Origin: Octopus vulgaris
Lineage: Eukaryota
Assembly: GCA_951406725.2 (NCBI GenBank)
Contig: OX597820.1
Coordinates: 62,124,001-62,188,000, forward strand
Length of the DNA stretch: 64,000 nt
Reading direction: 5' to 3'
Both the position numbers and the translations under genes were made by a program. The notes beneath the pieces are model-generated. The model ran no database searches, was not told where the DNA came from, and saw only the letters and a program-made list of their open reading frames with translations. Shown here one piece after another: positions 1-13,071 of this stretch. Position 1 is the stretch's first letter; each line of letters opens with the position of its first letter.

Positions 1-237
1 CACGTATTTTATCAGGTTTAAGCATAAATGACTCATTTGTTCGATATGCACTTTTGAGTTATCACCTACTCTTGACTTCAAAAGTTTTACCTTCAAATGC
101 GTCGTAATATTATCGAGTCCAAAAGAACCACACTCACTGTCGATATTACCACCAGCTTTATGTTTATGGGAGATACGCGCATCTTTTATATGTACCCTTC
201 ATCTAATCTTGAATCTTTTCCTTGTGACATTCATTAG

Positions 238-383
238 ATTGTGGCCATGCTGGGGCACTGTCTTGAAAGATTTTAGTCAGCCACATTGACCTCAGTGCTT
301 CTTTCATTTTTAAGCCTGATACTTATTTCGTCGATATATTCTGCTGAATCACCAAATTACGGGAATGTAAACACACCAACTCA
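238..383 (-). mobile_element. Degenerate 3' part of tRNA-derived SINE family A
   Basis: tgtggccatgctggggcac...gtaaacacaccaac is colinear with the copies at 716-872 and 40059-40446. Confidence 0.7.
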
Positions 384-646
384 CATAACTAAGGTGGGTG
401 TGAGGAATACGTAGCTGTAAGGAGAGAGGGAAAGGTTGCTTTTCTGCTGTCCATCACAAAGAAACAATCACACACACACATACATCCATCCATACGTGCA
501 TACATACATGTCTACTACATACCATTTTAAACTCGTGATTACCTGTAAGTTTTTAAATGTGTGTGTGTGTATGTGTGTGTGTGTTTTAGTGTGTGTGTAT
601 GTAACTGTCTGTCTCTCTACTTCTGTAGGATCATCCTTGTTACTGT

Positions 647-684
<38 letters not shown>

Positions 685-715
685 TAAATATACATATATA
701 TATACTATTACTCTT

Positions 716-872
716 TACTCTTTTATTTGTTTGTCATTTGACTACGGCCATGCTGGAGCACCGCCTTTAGTCGAACAAATAGAGTCAAGGACTTATTCTT
801 TGTAAGCCTAGTACTTATTCTATCGGTCTCTTATGAGGAACCGCTAAATTACGGGGACGCAAACACACCAGC
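716..872 (-). mobile_element. 3' part of SINE family A
   Basis: gactacggccatgctggagcaccgcctttagtcgaacaaat...aaacacaccagca is the reverse complement of the tails at 16011-16175 and 63895-64000. Confidence 0.85.
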
Positions 873-875
873 AAG

Positions 876-1498
876 CATTTTGCCTGGTCGATGAGACACT
901 AAAAGAAAACACTAAAGTGTTAACGGGAGTGAAGATTAACCCGGAAAAGTCAGTGGGCTTGCGGCTCAGTACCTGGAGAAGCAAGCCCATGCCGTCTAAC
1001 AGCGTCTCCATCATAGGACACTGGACTGACGGACCGGTTAAATTGCTCGGGGTCTCGTTCGGTACAGATCTCCAAAAGAACTGGGACGAGATAACTAGTA
1101 GGGTAGCCACTCTCACCCTGAAATGGGTTGAGAGGAAGCTATCGCTAAAAGGTCGGGCTGTGGTGGGGAATGCGTATATCGCATCGGTCATCTACTACCG
1201 TCTGACCATCGTGCCTTATGCCGACCTTAATACCACGAAACTGGACCGCATACTCTTCCGCTTTTTGTGGAAGGGAAACGTTCAAATAGTCAGGCGATCC
1301 ATTTGCTGCGAACATCCGCTAAATGGAGGGCTGGGCATGCCGTGGTTGATGATGTGCAGACATGCGCTGAGACTGTGACACCTCCATCGTTTCATAGACA
1401 TCTCCAAACGTTTTCGATCCCTTTTGATCGTTTTCGGAAAGAAAAATTCTACAGTGTATTGTCTCCTCTCGGTTCGGTCCTTCGTCGCTAATAAAGAG
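876..1498 (+). mobile_element. L1/Tx1-clade LINE fragment: end of RT region, internally deleted, then 3' UTR with AATAAA and (ATCT)n tail
   Basis: ORF 917-1378 has KINPEKS, VKLLGV, NW, W..RKLSLKGR, FRFLWKG..VRR and GGLGMP motifs typical of Tx1/L1 ORF2; the TGA at 1376 is followed in frame by HLHRFID; ctaataaagag abuts (ATCT)n. Confidence 0.85.
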
Positions 1499-1599
<101 letters not shown>

Positions 1600-1761
1600 C
1601 AGACGCACAAATACGGGTAGCATATAAAAGCAAAACAAGGTGGTAAAAATAGTATCTGAATACCGAAAGTAGAGTAATATTATTTTGATTGAAGCCGAAA
1701 AAAGTCTTCACAAAATATGGCTAAAGCTTCACGTTACTGTTCGTCGGACAGTTATGATCAT

Positions 1762-1803
1762 AATTGTCCGACGAACGGTAACGTGAAACCCTGAGTTACA
1801 ATT
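1762..1803 (+). ncRNA. Minimal type I hammerhead-like motif inside a palindrome
   Basis: aattgt-CCGACGA-acg(gtaa)cgt-GAAAC-cctga-GTT-acaatt: 6-bp stem I, GNRA-capped stem II, one core change (U4C). Confidence 0.65.
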
Positions 1804-2371
1804 TGTGAAGATTTTTCGAGTTTAATATAAGTAGGTACACGCGCGCGTACACACACACACATACACGGTATCAGCTATAATCTGTGTATTTATATTTATA
1901 TATGTATCTGTAAAATACATGGGGATACGGTGATAAATCACCTTAACTTGTGGTTCAACACTGGTATATTTATAAAGTCCCGAAAGATATCTATATCTCG
2001 TATATTAAAGATATTGAGATTGCCTGAAAGATTTATACGTATGTATAGAGTTGAAACTAGAAATATTTTAAAAGTTGTTTTCGAAGCAGTGTAATATTGA
2101 AATGCGTGACAACTTTTAATAAATAGAAATCTATAGGTTAAAAGAATAAATCTCCATATAGAAAATATTATGAATGAATTACTTAAATAGATCAAATATA
2201 ATGGATGAATTTACTTCTCAAAATGATGAACATTTTAAAATCCTATGCTAGAATCCACACATCTATTTAAAGCGTAAATGCGTAAATGTGAAATATAGCT
2301 TTACCTACATTCAAAGGAAGAATAAAATTTATATGCATATACATGTATAAATAGTATATAACATGAATGTG

Positions 2372-2501
<130 letters not shown>

Positions 2502-3071
2502 ACCATATCCAATAAGTTTTAGCAGTTGTAATTTAAAAGAATATAACATTTTACTCAATTTTATTTATTCACTGGTATATCTGTATTGTCACGAATTCCA
2601 TCTATTTTAATCACATGCTTTATTTGAATTTTCCATATTGTTTTGCAATTTCGTCTTTCTCGCAGATTTTCACTGTTTTGGGTGTTACTTAATCTTCACT
2701 TCAATTCTATCACTTTCAAGACGAGCGGATGCAATAATATATATTTATTATTTTAAGGTATATACTTCTTAAATTATACACCATTAAAGAACTTTTGCTC
2801 GTTGAAACATCATAAAGGAATTATAATTATTCGATACTAGCGATGCTGTCACACTTTCGTTGCTATATAAAATAATAAAATAAGATAATAAAAAAGTTCA
2901 AATGCGCTACAAAATATAATCATAAATACCATTATAAAAATACACTAAATGTGTATAGAAAAGAGCATGTAAGTTTTAAATAACTAATATGACACTATAT
3001 TAATGCAATTTTTATATTCAACACGCCATCCCAAGCAAAATATATTTTCAAAGAGATACAAGATATACGCA

Positions 3072-3211
3072 CAGGAGCAGCTGTGTGGGAAGAAGCTTGA
3101 TTCCCAACCAGATGGTTCCGGGTTCAGTCCCACTGCGTGGCATCTTGTGCAAGAGTCTTTCACTATAGCCTCGGGTCAATTTGGTGGACGAAAACTGAAA
3201 GAATCCCGTCT
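3072..3211 (+). mobile_element. 5' half of SINE family A, interrupted at its internal (TA)n
   Basis: tRNA-like head gctgtgtgg...ggttccgggttcagtcccactgcgtggc matches 63667-63825; the SINE resumes at 5483. Confidence 0.85.
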
Positions 3212-3257
3212 TATATATATACCTGAAAAAGGAAAAGAATGACTTAAGGGTTTCACA

Positions 3258-4984
3258 CATTTTTAGCAGGTCCCGCATGCGAAACCCACCGCCTCAGTAA
3301 CTTTTTAGACACCCTGTTAAAGCCACTCCTCAAACATGTCAAAAGCTATATAAGGGACAACCTGGATATGCTCAATCACCTACCTAATACTAGAAACAAA
3401 AACACCCTACTAGTATCCTTCGATGTAGTCAACCTCTATTCCAATATTCCCCACAACCTAGGAATAGAGGCAATTCAATTCTGGCTAGAGAATCACGCCA
3501 ACGAACTCCCACATCGCATCAAAAAAGAATTCGTGATAGAAGGAGTTAAATTCATCCTGGAAAATAACTTCTTCGCCTTCAAAGACAACTTCTACCGACA
3601 AAAATCGGGGACTGCGATGGGTACGCGAATGGCCCCTTCCTTTGCCAACCTAGTCATGGGATATCTAGAAATCAGTCTGTATCGTAAGGTTCTAGAAAGA
3701 TATGGCAGCCCTTTCTCCCTCTACATAGAAAACAACTGGAAGAAATACCTAGATGACTGTTTCATTCTTTGGCATGAAAATATAGAGAAACTCAAAGAAT
3801 TCCAAGCAATTTTAAATGGACTGGAGGTAAACATCCAATTCACGATGGAATATAGCCAGCAAAAACTCCCCTTCCTCGACATCCTCATTAAGAAATCTAA
3901 TAATGTAATAGAAACAGATATATACTATAAGCCTACAGATTCTAAGCAATATCTTCCATTCAATTCATGTCACCCCAGACACACCAGAATGAATATCTCC
4001 TTCAATCTAGCAAAAAGGATATGTACTATAGTTTCTAATGCAAACACCAGAGACACATGACTACAAGAACTAAAAGATACCCTCATCACCAGGAACTACC
4101 CACCTTCACTTATTGACATATGCATTCAACGTGCCCTTCAACTCAACATCCAGGAACTGAGACATCCCAAATTAAAGAAATATTTACGACCAAAAGCCTT
4201 ACCATACATCTCCACACACAACCCTCTCAACAATGAAGCCTTCGACACCATCCTCCAAAACATACCCCTGCTAAAAAAAGACCACAGAATGAACATAATC
4301 CTCCAAACGCACACGATCATAAAAAGCAAGAGACAGCCTAAATGAAAAGTCTCCTAACACAAGCCGGAATACGCTCATCAACACAGAAGCCGACAGTAAA
4401 AAAAATGTGGAAGACCCAATTGCGGGATATGCGATTATCTAATTGAGGGATCAGAGTTCTCCTTCAAACAGGGACAACGGTTCACAGTGAAAAGCAACTT
4501 CACATGTGCTTCGGAGAAACTGATATACACACTAACCTGCTCTGGGTGTCAAGAGCAATACATAGGCCAAACAAAAAATAGTTTGCGTAAAAGAATGGCC
4601 CTGCACAGACCCCAGATAAAAATTCCCCCAAACAGAAAAATAGCATTCAGCCAACACATAGATATTTGCGCCAAGAACAAAACACCAAGCTTCAGGATTT
4701 TCCCCCTCTACCAATTCAGGGACGATACAACCTCGAGCCAACGAATAAGTAAAGAAACTCTCTTCATTACAAAATACAGGCCCCTTCTGAACGGGTCTAC
4801 GACAAACGATATATCCACCTCGGCTTTAGAATAACACAAATACACACGCAAATATTACATTCCTAAGAATCCATTAAAAATCAGCCCCAATCACAGCTAT
4901 AACCCAAAACGTGCCAACTTTAAGTCATACAACACCTCACTACTTCCACTCATTCATATTCTCCCTTCTCTTTCTTCTTCTTCT

Positions 4985-5017
<33 letters not shown>

Positions 5018-5418
5018 CCCCCTTCTACTTCATAACTTTATCACTAATGCTTTTTAGTATAACACCTACGCAAATTCTATAAGCAAACCTTTCAATAGAA
5101 ATATTTTCATGAATTGAGCAGCAACTGCTAGCCACTGACCACTCAAAATACGACTATCAAGGCACTCCCAATTTCTTTCCCCCCCCTTCTCCTCATCCTT
5201 CTTCTTCTTCCCTACCAAGAATTCACAACGACCTCGAACCTACAAGTGTAAACAAGAGAGACAGAGAAAGGCAGGAACAAGGAAAATGCCACTTATATTT
5301 GAACACTAAATTTAATTATTTAATCGTTACAGTTGAAAAGGTCTCAAAATGACTGAAACCGGTAGAAATGTTCTTTATAAAATTATTTTAGCATTTTCTA
5401 TCTTGACTTGTTTTCATG

Positions 5419-5420
<2 letters not shown>
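3258..5420 (+). mobile_element. 5'-truncated Penelope-like retroelement (Neptune-type RT + GIY-YIG endonuclease), pseudogenised
   Basis: SFDVVNLYSNIP, GTAMGTRMAPSFANL, YLDD, LPFLD, YYKPTD, SCHP; after the stop at 4058 and a frameshift near 4343: CGRPNCGIC, LIYTLTCSGC, YIGQT, LRKRMALH, ending PLLN; 3' terminus abuts (TA)n. Confidence 0.93.
5325..5370 (+). ncRNA. Degenerate hammerhead-like motif in the Penelope 3' terminal repeat
   Basis: TTGAAAA-ggtc(tcaaaat)gact-GAAAC-CG-GTA with palindromic ACCGGT stem III, at the position where PLEs carry their ribozyme. Confidence 0.55.
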
Positions 5421-5482
<62 letters not shown>

Positions 5483-5486
<4 letters not shown>

Positions 5487-5664
5487 GTGTGTCTGTGTTT
5501 GTCGCCTACTGCCACTTGACAACCGGTGCTGGTGTGTTTCCGTCCTAGTAAATTAGTGGTTCTAAAAAAAAATAAGTACCAGGCTCAAAAAGTACTGCAG
5601 TCGATTCATTCGTCTAAAATTCTTCAGGGCGGGCCTCAACATGGTCGCAGTCTGGTGGCTGAAA
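5483..5664 (+). mobile_element. 3' half of the SINE A split by the Penelope element
   Basis: gtgtctgtgtttgtc...cttgacaaccggtgctggtgtgtttccgtcc continues the consensus seen at 63860-64000. Confidence 0.8.
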
Positions 5665-5877
5665 AGGCAGCGAGCTGGCAGAAGCGTTAGCACGCCAGGT
5701 GAAATGCTTAGCAGTATTTCATCTGTCTTTACCTTCTGAGTTCAAATTACGCCGAGGTCGACTTTGCCTTTCATTCTTTCGGGGGGCGATAAATTAAGTA
5801 CCAGTTGCGTTCTGGGGTTAATCTAATCGACTGGCCCCTCCTCCAAAATTTCAGGCCTTGTGCCTAGAGTAGAAAAG
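5665..5877 (+). mobile_element. tRNA-derived SINE family B (Meta-domain-like centre)
   Basis: ggcagcgagctggcagaa...gagttcaaat B box, then gccgaggtcgactttgcctttcat...gataaattaagtaccag; several copies in the window. Confidence 0.88.
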
Positions 5878-6198
5878 TCTGGTGAATGAAGTAAAAAAAA
5901 AAAAATAAACAATAAAATAATACATCTGCGTCGAAGTAGATGTGTCGCTAAGATGATTTTTATTATCATTATTTTCTCTTGTAACCACGTTCTTTCGGGT
6001 TCAATCCCAGTACACTGCAACTTCGGCAAATTCCTACGGCAATAAATTAGAATTATAAATGAAATTTGATAGAAGAACGCTGCCGGAACAGCTTTAATTG
6101 ATGCAATGTGGATCCTCCTCCTTTTTCATTCGACATGCATAGGGACGCTGTAAGTATCAATGGCGTTGCTTAAATTGCCTTAGTCACACGGAAAAGAA

Positions 6199-6417
6199 TA
6201 TTCTTGTCTACTCTAGGCACAAGGTTCGAAATCTGAGGGAAGGAGGCCAGTCGATTAGATCGACCTCAGTACACAACTGGTACCTAACTTATCGACCCCG
6301 TAAGGGATGAAAGGCAATGTCAACCTGGGGGGAATTTGAACTCAGGACATAGCGACGGGCGAAATACCGGTAACCATTTCGTCCAGGGTGCTAACGTTTC
6401 TGCCAGCTCACCACCTT
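6199..6417 (-). mobile_element. SINE family B
   Basis: Reverse-complement match to 5665-5877 over its full length. Confidence 0.88.
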
Positions 6418-6454
6418 AATAATAATAACAACAACAACAATAAAAAAAAATAAT

Positions 6455-7011
6455 AAATGCCCAGATTCAGTACCAGGCAGTGATTCTCATGGGTTCTGAT
6501 CTTAACTGATTGGAAGTGTTATCATGTACATTGTTTTGTCTTGGTATAAAAGATGGGTTACAGCAAATATTCTGCTCAATACCACAGACTTGCTTGTCAG
6601 TTGTTTGACCTTAACCAGTTGAGCATGTCCTCTAGTGGCTGACGATATGTGCATCTCTGATCATGAGCAGAAGTAGTGGGAGAGCATCATAGCCATGTGT
6701 TGAGAGGGATTCTTTGGGGTTTGAATAATTCACCTCTGGAAACATGGGTGTTTCGTTCAACATCCTTAACCACCTTTATTCAGGGACCTTTTGAGCGGGA
6801 TGGGTTACGCGATCAGAAGAAAATTCTAACTGGACTCTACCTGCAAGATCATGTGCTGTTTATCTTGATATAAGATCACCATGTCGCGCACATATGGTTG
6901 TGATGCATGTGCCTAGTGTACCCTTATCAGACAGGTAGTCATGATGGGTATACTGGGCTTCGTATATTTTACCCCAGTGTCACTTTGATGGCATGCACTG
7001 CTTTCTCACTC
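6455..7011. mobile_element. ~560-bp non-coding element embedded in an (AAT)n tract
   Basis: GC-richer block flanked by AAT/AAC repeats on both sides, no long ORF, stem-loop-rich end; recalled as a high-copy octopus repeat. Confidence 0.6.
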
Positions 7012-7046
7012 AATAATAATAATAATCATTAATATTATTATCATTA

Positions 7047-7412
7047 TTTCTACTGGAAGCACAAGGCCTCAAATTTGGGGGAAGGGATTAAGTGGATTAC
7101 ATTAATTTATCGATCCCGAAGGATGAAAGCCAAAGTTGACTCCGGTGGCATTTGAACTCAGAACGTGAAAATAGATGAAATACCTATTACTTTACTACCC
7201 ACAAGGGGCTAAACACAGAGAGGACAAAAAAGGACAGACAAACGGATTAAGTCGATTACATCGACCCAGTGCGTGACTGATTCTTATTTAATCGACCCCG
7301 AAAGGATGAAAGGCAAAGTCAACCTCGGCGGAATTTGAACTCAGAACGTAGCGGCAGACGAAATACCGGTAAGCATTTCGTCCATCGTGCTAACGATTCT
7401 GCCAGCTCGCCA
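7047..7412 (-). mobile_element. Two tandem SINE family B copies (partial 7047-7182, complete 7183-7412)
   Basis: Two occurrences of atcgaccccgaaaggatgaaaggcaaagtc...tttgaactcagaacgt; head ends ctgccagctcgcc. Confidence 0.85.
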
Positions 7413-7519
<107 letters not shown>

Positions 7520-9208
7520 ATTTCGTTTTTACAAACTGTTCAACTGTTATATACAAAGTTATTTCTATGCATTCGGTTTTGCACATTTTTTTACGTACAT
7601 TACCGAATGATATCAAATCGATACAAGATGTTACGTGTCTTTGATATTGATTTTTTTTCGATATCCGGTATGTAAATTATTTAAATCAATTTATCTTTAT
7701 TATTTGTTGTTTTCCTTTTTCTTTTAAACAATTTTTGTTCTTTCTAATCTTTATTTGTTTCGTTTTTTTTTTTTTCTGTGAATGTTAGCATGCCTGAAAG
7801 TTAACTTCCCCAGATTTGGAGAGCTAGTCAGTCAGACATGATTTTGCTTGTAAAAATTTACTTTGAAAACGATGAAAACACTTTTTTACATTCTTCACTA
7901 TACAAATGCAAGAACTTCGAGGGTTTTTTTTCTTCTTATTTTAAAAGAAGAAACTATAATACATTCATTTGTTTCTGTTGCCATTTTCGAAGGTAAAAAT
8001 CTCCGAAATATACATTTTGTTCGTGTAGATACGGTGATATAGCGAGAAAGTAGGCTACAAGTTTGAACTGTGTAAAGAGAGCACATCAAACTGCGATCAG
8101 TTTCATGGTTAAAAAACTAACAGAAGAATCAATATTATAAACAAGTCATTGCTTCTCTATAAGTTTTAAATTTAGATTTCAATTTCCTCTGTAGTCAACT
8201 TCTTCAATTCCTTACTCGATAAAATAATTATCAGTTAAGCTCTGGGGTTGATTTCAAATATGCCGAACTTCGAAAACTGAAACTCCATACCTATGTTAGG
8301 AATCAATATTATTAAGAAATCATCAACGTTCTGTTTTCAAATCCTGCCGAAATCAATTTTAACTTTAATCGTTCCCGGGTCGATAAAATAACGTAACAGT
8401 AAAGTATTGAGATCGATATATTTCACTATAGCCTCTGGCAAATATGTGTGATCACGTGAGTATATTAGAAATTAATTTTATTGGAAAATCATTAGTTTCA
8501 TTGTTGCCGTTTTTCTATTCTTCGAAAAATCGAATATATTGTGTTTTAAGTACTTATGAGGAGCCATTGATGTGTAACAGTTGAAATGTTGACTTTCTTT
8601 TAAGAATGACTTTCAAAAGAGCAATATTTCTACGATTGTATTTTAGTAAATAAATCGATTTTTTTTCTAGTATTGATTTTTGCAATTTTTTAAAGTTGGC
8701 ATTGTAACTGATAAACAGAAAAATTGGAAAAAAGCTTTCAAAGAAGATGATAAAGGGTTATGAATATCCATATGTATTTAATCTCACTGTGAAATTAGGC
8801 ACACTAGAGCTTTTCCAACAACATGGAAATCAAGCCAAACGGTTTCCTTTCACGGCAAGCTATTTATTAAAATGTAAACAAATGTTGTGAGTGGCACATT
8901 TCGTTTGAAAATGAGAAAAATATATATAACTACAATGTCAGTCTTGAGCCATTATACTGACGTGAACAAAGAAGTGGATTTCTCTCGGTTCGATGATCAG
9001 TATTTCAGTTGTTAAAAAGTGCCATTATGTAAATGAGTTATATCAGTCACAAATTTTATTTATATTTTATCAAAAAGGTTTTTATTACTATCTATAGTGT
9101 GTGCGAGAAAATGGAGAAAATATTGATTGCTATATAAATTATCATCAAAATACTAAGTTCTACTTTCATGCACCTGGAAAGGGCTCACCCACGCATATGT
9201 TAACATTG

Positions 9209-9283
<75 letters not shown>

Positions 9284-9489
9284 AGACAAAGTTTTTTAGT
9301 ATTTGAAGCTTTAATTAATAATTCAAAGAAATTACATTTATTCAGCAAAATATATCCCATCATATTGTGTTGTCTGTTGCCATGGTTTTGTTAGGAACTC
9401 AATTCTATGCTTATAACATTTGACTAGTTTAGAGGCAAACATCTCTCTGCAGCCTTTTCTTAACTATTATCCATATTGTTGAGTTTCCG

Positions 9490-9870
9490 TTCGGTAATTT
9501 GATGTTACAAGGTCTGGACTGTAGAAAGGGTGAATCAGCTCTACCAGCCATTCAATTTTCTAAGTTTGTGCTTGGTCACATTAGTAATGTGTTCTGAGGC
9601 ATTGTAATGCTGTAGAAGAGCGCGTCTTCGATTAACCAACGTCTTGTAATGGGCTTTCAAATCATCATATACTCGCTGCAGTTGTTGAGCATCCACAGGA
9701 ACACCATCTGGAACAAACTCCTTCGAAGTTCCACCATAGTACAACATGAACTTCAGTCCAAACCGCCCTTGTTTGACAACAGGTTCTGGAGCCTGGTCGT
9801 AAAGAAATCAGTGATTTCTCTTAGTAGGATTACGCAACTATATCCATTTTCCATCCCCAGTTCATGAAGA
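9490..9870 (-). pseudogene. mariner (DD34D) transposase relic, catalytic domain
   Basis: Minus-strand TGDGKWI, KFMLY, LVNRRRALLQHYNASEH (HDNARPH-like) and HPFYSPDL, with stops and frameshifts. Confidence 0.82.
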
Positions 9871-9989
9871 GTATCTCAACAGCGTCAGTTTAGAAGAACG
9901 AACTTATAAATATGTCTATTGATGAGGCCTTGTGAAGGACCAATTCGTGCTTGTGCTTGGCTGTTGTTCACCCATTTCAAGCAAGACCT

Positions 9990-10389
9990 GATCTTCTTCA
10001 AAAAGTCTCTCCCACCTCCCAAATCCAGGCATTTGAGCGCAAGTGCTTCAAAAGGCTATTACCCATCCCACACACAGAACACAAAATGGACAGCTTCGTC
10101 GAGCAAGAAGTCAACAAATACGCTGGCAAACAGGAATCACTCTTTGCGCTGGTAAAAGTACGAAAATTTGCCTGGTATGGTTACCTATTCTACCACAACT
10201 CGCTGCTCAAGACACAGTTAAGCGAGGGCGAAAGAAAGGCAGAGAAAGAAAATCCTGGTTTCACATCAAGGACCGAACAGGTTACGACACAGCGAAGCTG
10301 ATACGCATGAGAGAGAACAGCAACAGCTGAGTATGAAGCCGTCGAGGGTAGTAATCAAACGACTGGCTGCATCAGTTAACGGATCTTGA
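9990..10389 (+). mobile_element. RTE-clade LINE 3' fragment with (GTAT)n tail
   Basis: QIQAFERKCFKRLL..HTEHK, VKVRKFAWYG, HNSLLKT, GRKKGRERKSW, typical of the RTE C-terminus; followed by (GTAT)n. Confidence 0.8.
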
Positions 10390-10695
10390 TGTATGTATGT
10401 ATGTATGTATGTAGGTATGTATGTATGTATGTATGTATGTATGTATGTATGTATGTATAACCACGTAGTCATGAGCTTGTGAAGTGAATATTTTACTTCG
10501 CGGCAAATCGGGCGAGTGACTTCACATACATTGGCTTCTCTTAAACCAATGGCTTGTGAGTGAATGCAAATAGAAGAAACTGTATTTAAGTCAGTTGTAT
10601 CTCTCTCTCGCTTCCTTATTTCTCTCTTTCTGTCTTTCTCTCTCTATATATATATATCATACACACACACACACACTCATACATACATACATACA

Positions 10696-10729
<34 letters not shown>

Positions 10730-10752
10730 CATACATACATACATACATACAT

Positions 10753-10800
<48 letters not shown>

Positions 10801-11558
10801 GGATGGACATAGGTATGCATGCGTTTATGCATGTGTCTCTGCGTAAGAGCTTGTGAATGTGCATTGTCGTGCTAGACCACCCGTTTCTTGACAACTAACA
10901 TTGCTTCGTTTATCTCCTCGTTAGTTCAGTAGTTCAGCATAGAGAAACGAATACAATAACAAACTTAAAATACGTACTGAGATCAATGTCTTCGGTTAAG
11001 CCATTGAAACCATTCTCTCAGTATTGGAATCAAGATATGTATAAAAGATTCGACGCTCCGGATTAGAAGTTATCTCAGTGGTGTATGTTTGCTCATGTTA
11101 GAAGATTTCCTATCTCTTTCACCGTCAGAAAACACTGAAACACCGTCAAAAAATACTTCGTTGGAAAATTTTAACTAACGCTGTTTTTGTTCACCAAATA
11201 CGACGTATAATTTTAATAAGATATAGATTTAATAAATTATAGTAAAGATCAGAAGAGGTCCCAAGATGTGTGACGAAAGAACTGACATATTAAAATTAAA
11301 TTAAAAATAATTAAAATTTGTGTGGCGTGGGTTTCACTCTATATGGGTTCCGTGATATTCGGAAAATCTTGTAAAATCTTCACAACAAATCTTAACAACA
11401 AAATATAAAGGGGAGCCAACGAATAGATTCCCTTCCTAATTGCGGTTGTTAATGCTAATTACTCAGTTTAGAAAGCTTATGATAAAAAGTACTTCGTCCG
11501 CGAATACTGCCACTCTTGTTTGTGTTTCTTTCTTTCCTTCTTTGTTTGTTTGTGTGTT

Positions 11559-11693
<135 letters not shown>

Positions 11694-13022
11694 ATGACTA
11701 CATCTAGAACTATATAAACAAATTTGTCATTTTGTTATGTTCTTGAGACTACAAGATGTAATTTTGGTGCTATTTGACTGTTATTTTTAGCATTTGTAAC
11801 TGTCATGCGGCGGCTCTTTTGTTGGTTCGTGGTTTTAAACATTTGATAAAGAAGCCATAATGCCATCGAATGCAAACAAACAGCACTGTGACATATGATA
11901 AAATCAATTGACTATTCCATACACAAAATATAGATAATCTTAAAAGTAAAATAAGATTTAATCCGTTTCAACTTTCTTTTTAATACAAATTTGAATGAAT
12001 ACACTGTAACTGGCTTATCTATATGACGATGTAATTAATTCAAAAATTTATGGGTTTCTTTTTTAAACATATTTATTAGCATTTAAATCACAACGATTAC
12101 CATAATACCACTTACCAGGAATTTGAGAAACATATAGGGATTTTAAGATCGATAAAGGTGGAAAAAGCACTTATAGTATCTGATTGTTGTACAACGCTCA
12201 TATTTAAATATTAAAAATATATCTATACGAAATATTGCATGAATTATAATTACTCCTAAAAGGAGATTGATTAATATTCTACAAAAAGTAGTCATGGTTT
12301 ATTTCGAACCAAGAAATTTTTTAATGTGTTTTGTATTGCTTGCAATAGAATCTGCTCAGAATTTTACTATTTAATTGAACATTACCAGATATCACTTTAT
12401 ATGTGCACAATACATGATTCTATATGACAGGCTTGTATTACATGTTTTAAAAATAGTGGCAATCTTAAATGGGTTATTTGGAGACAATTCTAACATAAAC
12501 ACACACATGCACATGCGCACATAAAACAGAAATACCTTTACATTCTAACATTTACAGCTTCCCTCAGGCTAACAAGATCAACAGCGTTATATCTAACGGC
12601 TAATAGTAATATCACCCAGGTAAATATGCTTTCGGAAATTTCCAAGTAAATTTGGGATACGCATGATTTTATTTTTATTTCCAAATAATGTTGGAGAACC
12701 TCAGTCTTTGGAGCATTTATTTACGTTTCGTATTTTTACTGACCGAACATCTTGCGTTAACATTCACTCTTTCACTTCACCTTATCCCACTTTCCATTTG
12801 TTGCTCACTTTTCTAATATCACTCATTCTACGACTATCGCTCGTTCTAACTGTCTCTCAATCTCTCTCTAAACATCCCTCACTTTATCTCTATATATTTC
12901 CATCATTATCAAGTGTGACAGCAATATTCATGCAACTACTTCAATACAATTGATTCTGATATGTTTGAAAGTTTATTAAATAGCTACTACACACACAAAT
13001 ATACAAATACATACATACGTAA

Positions 13023-13071
<49 letters not shown>

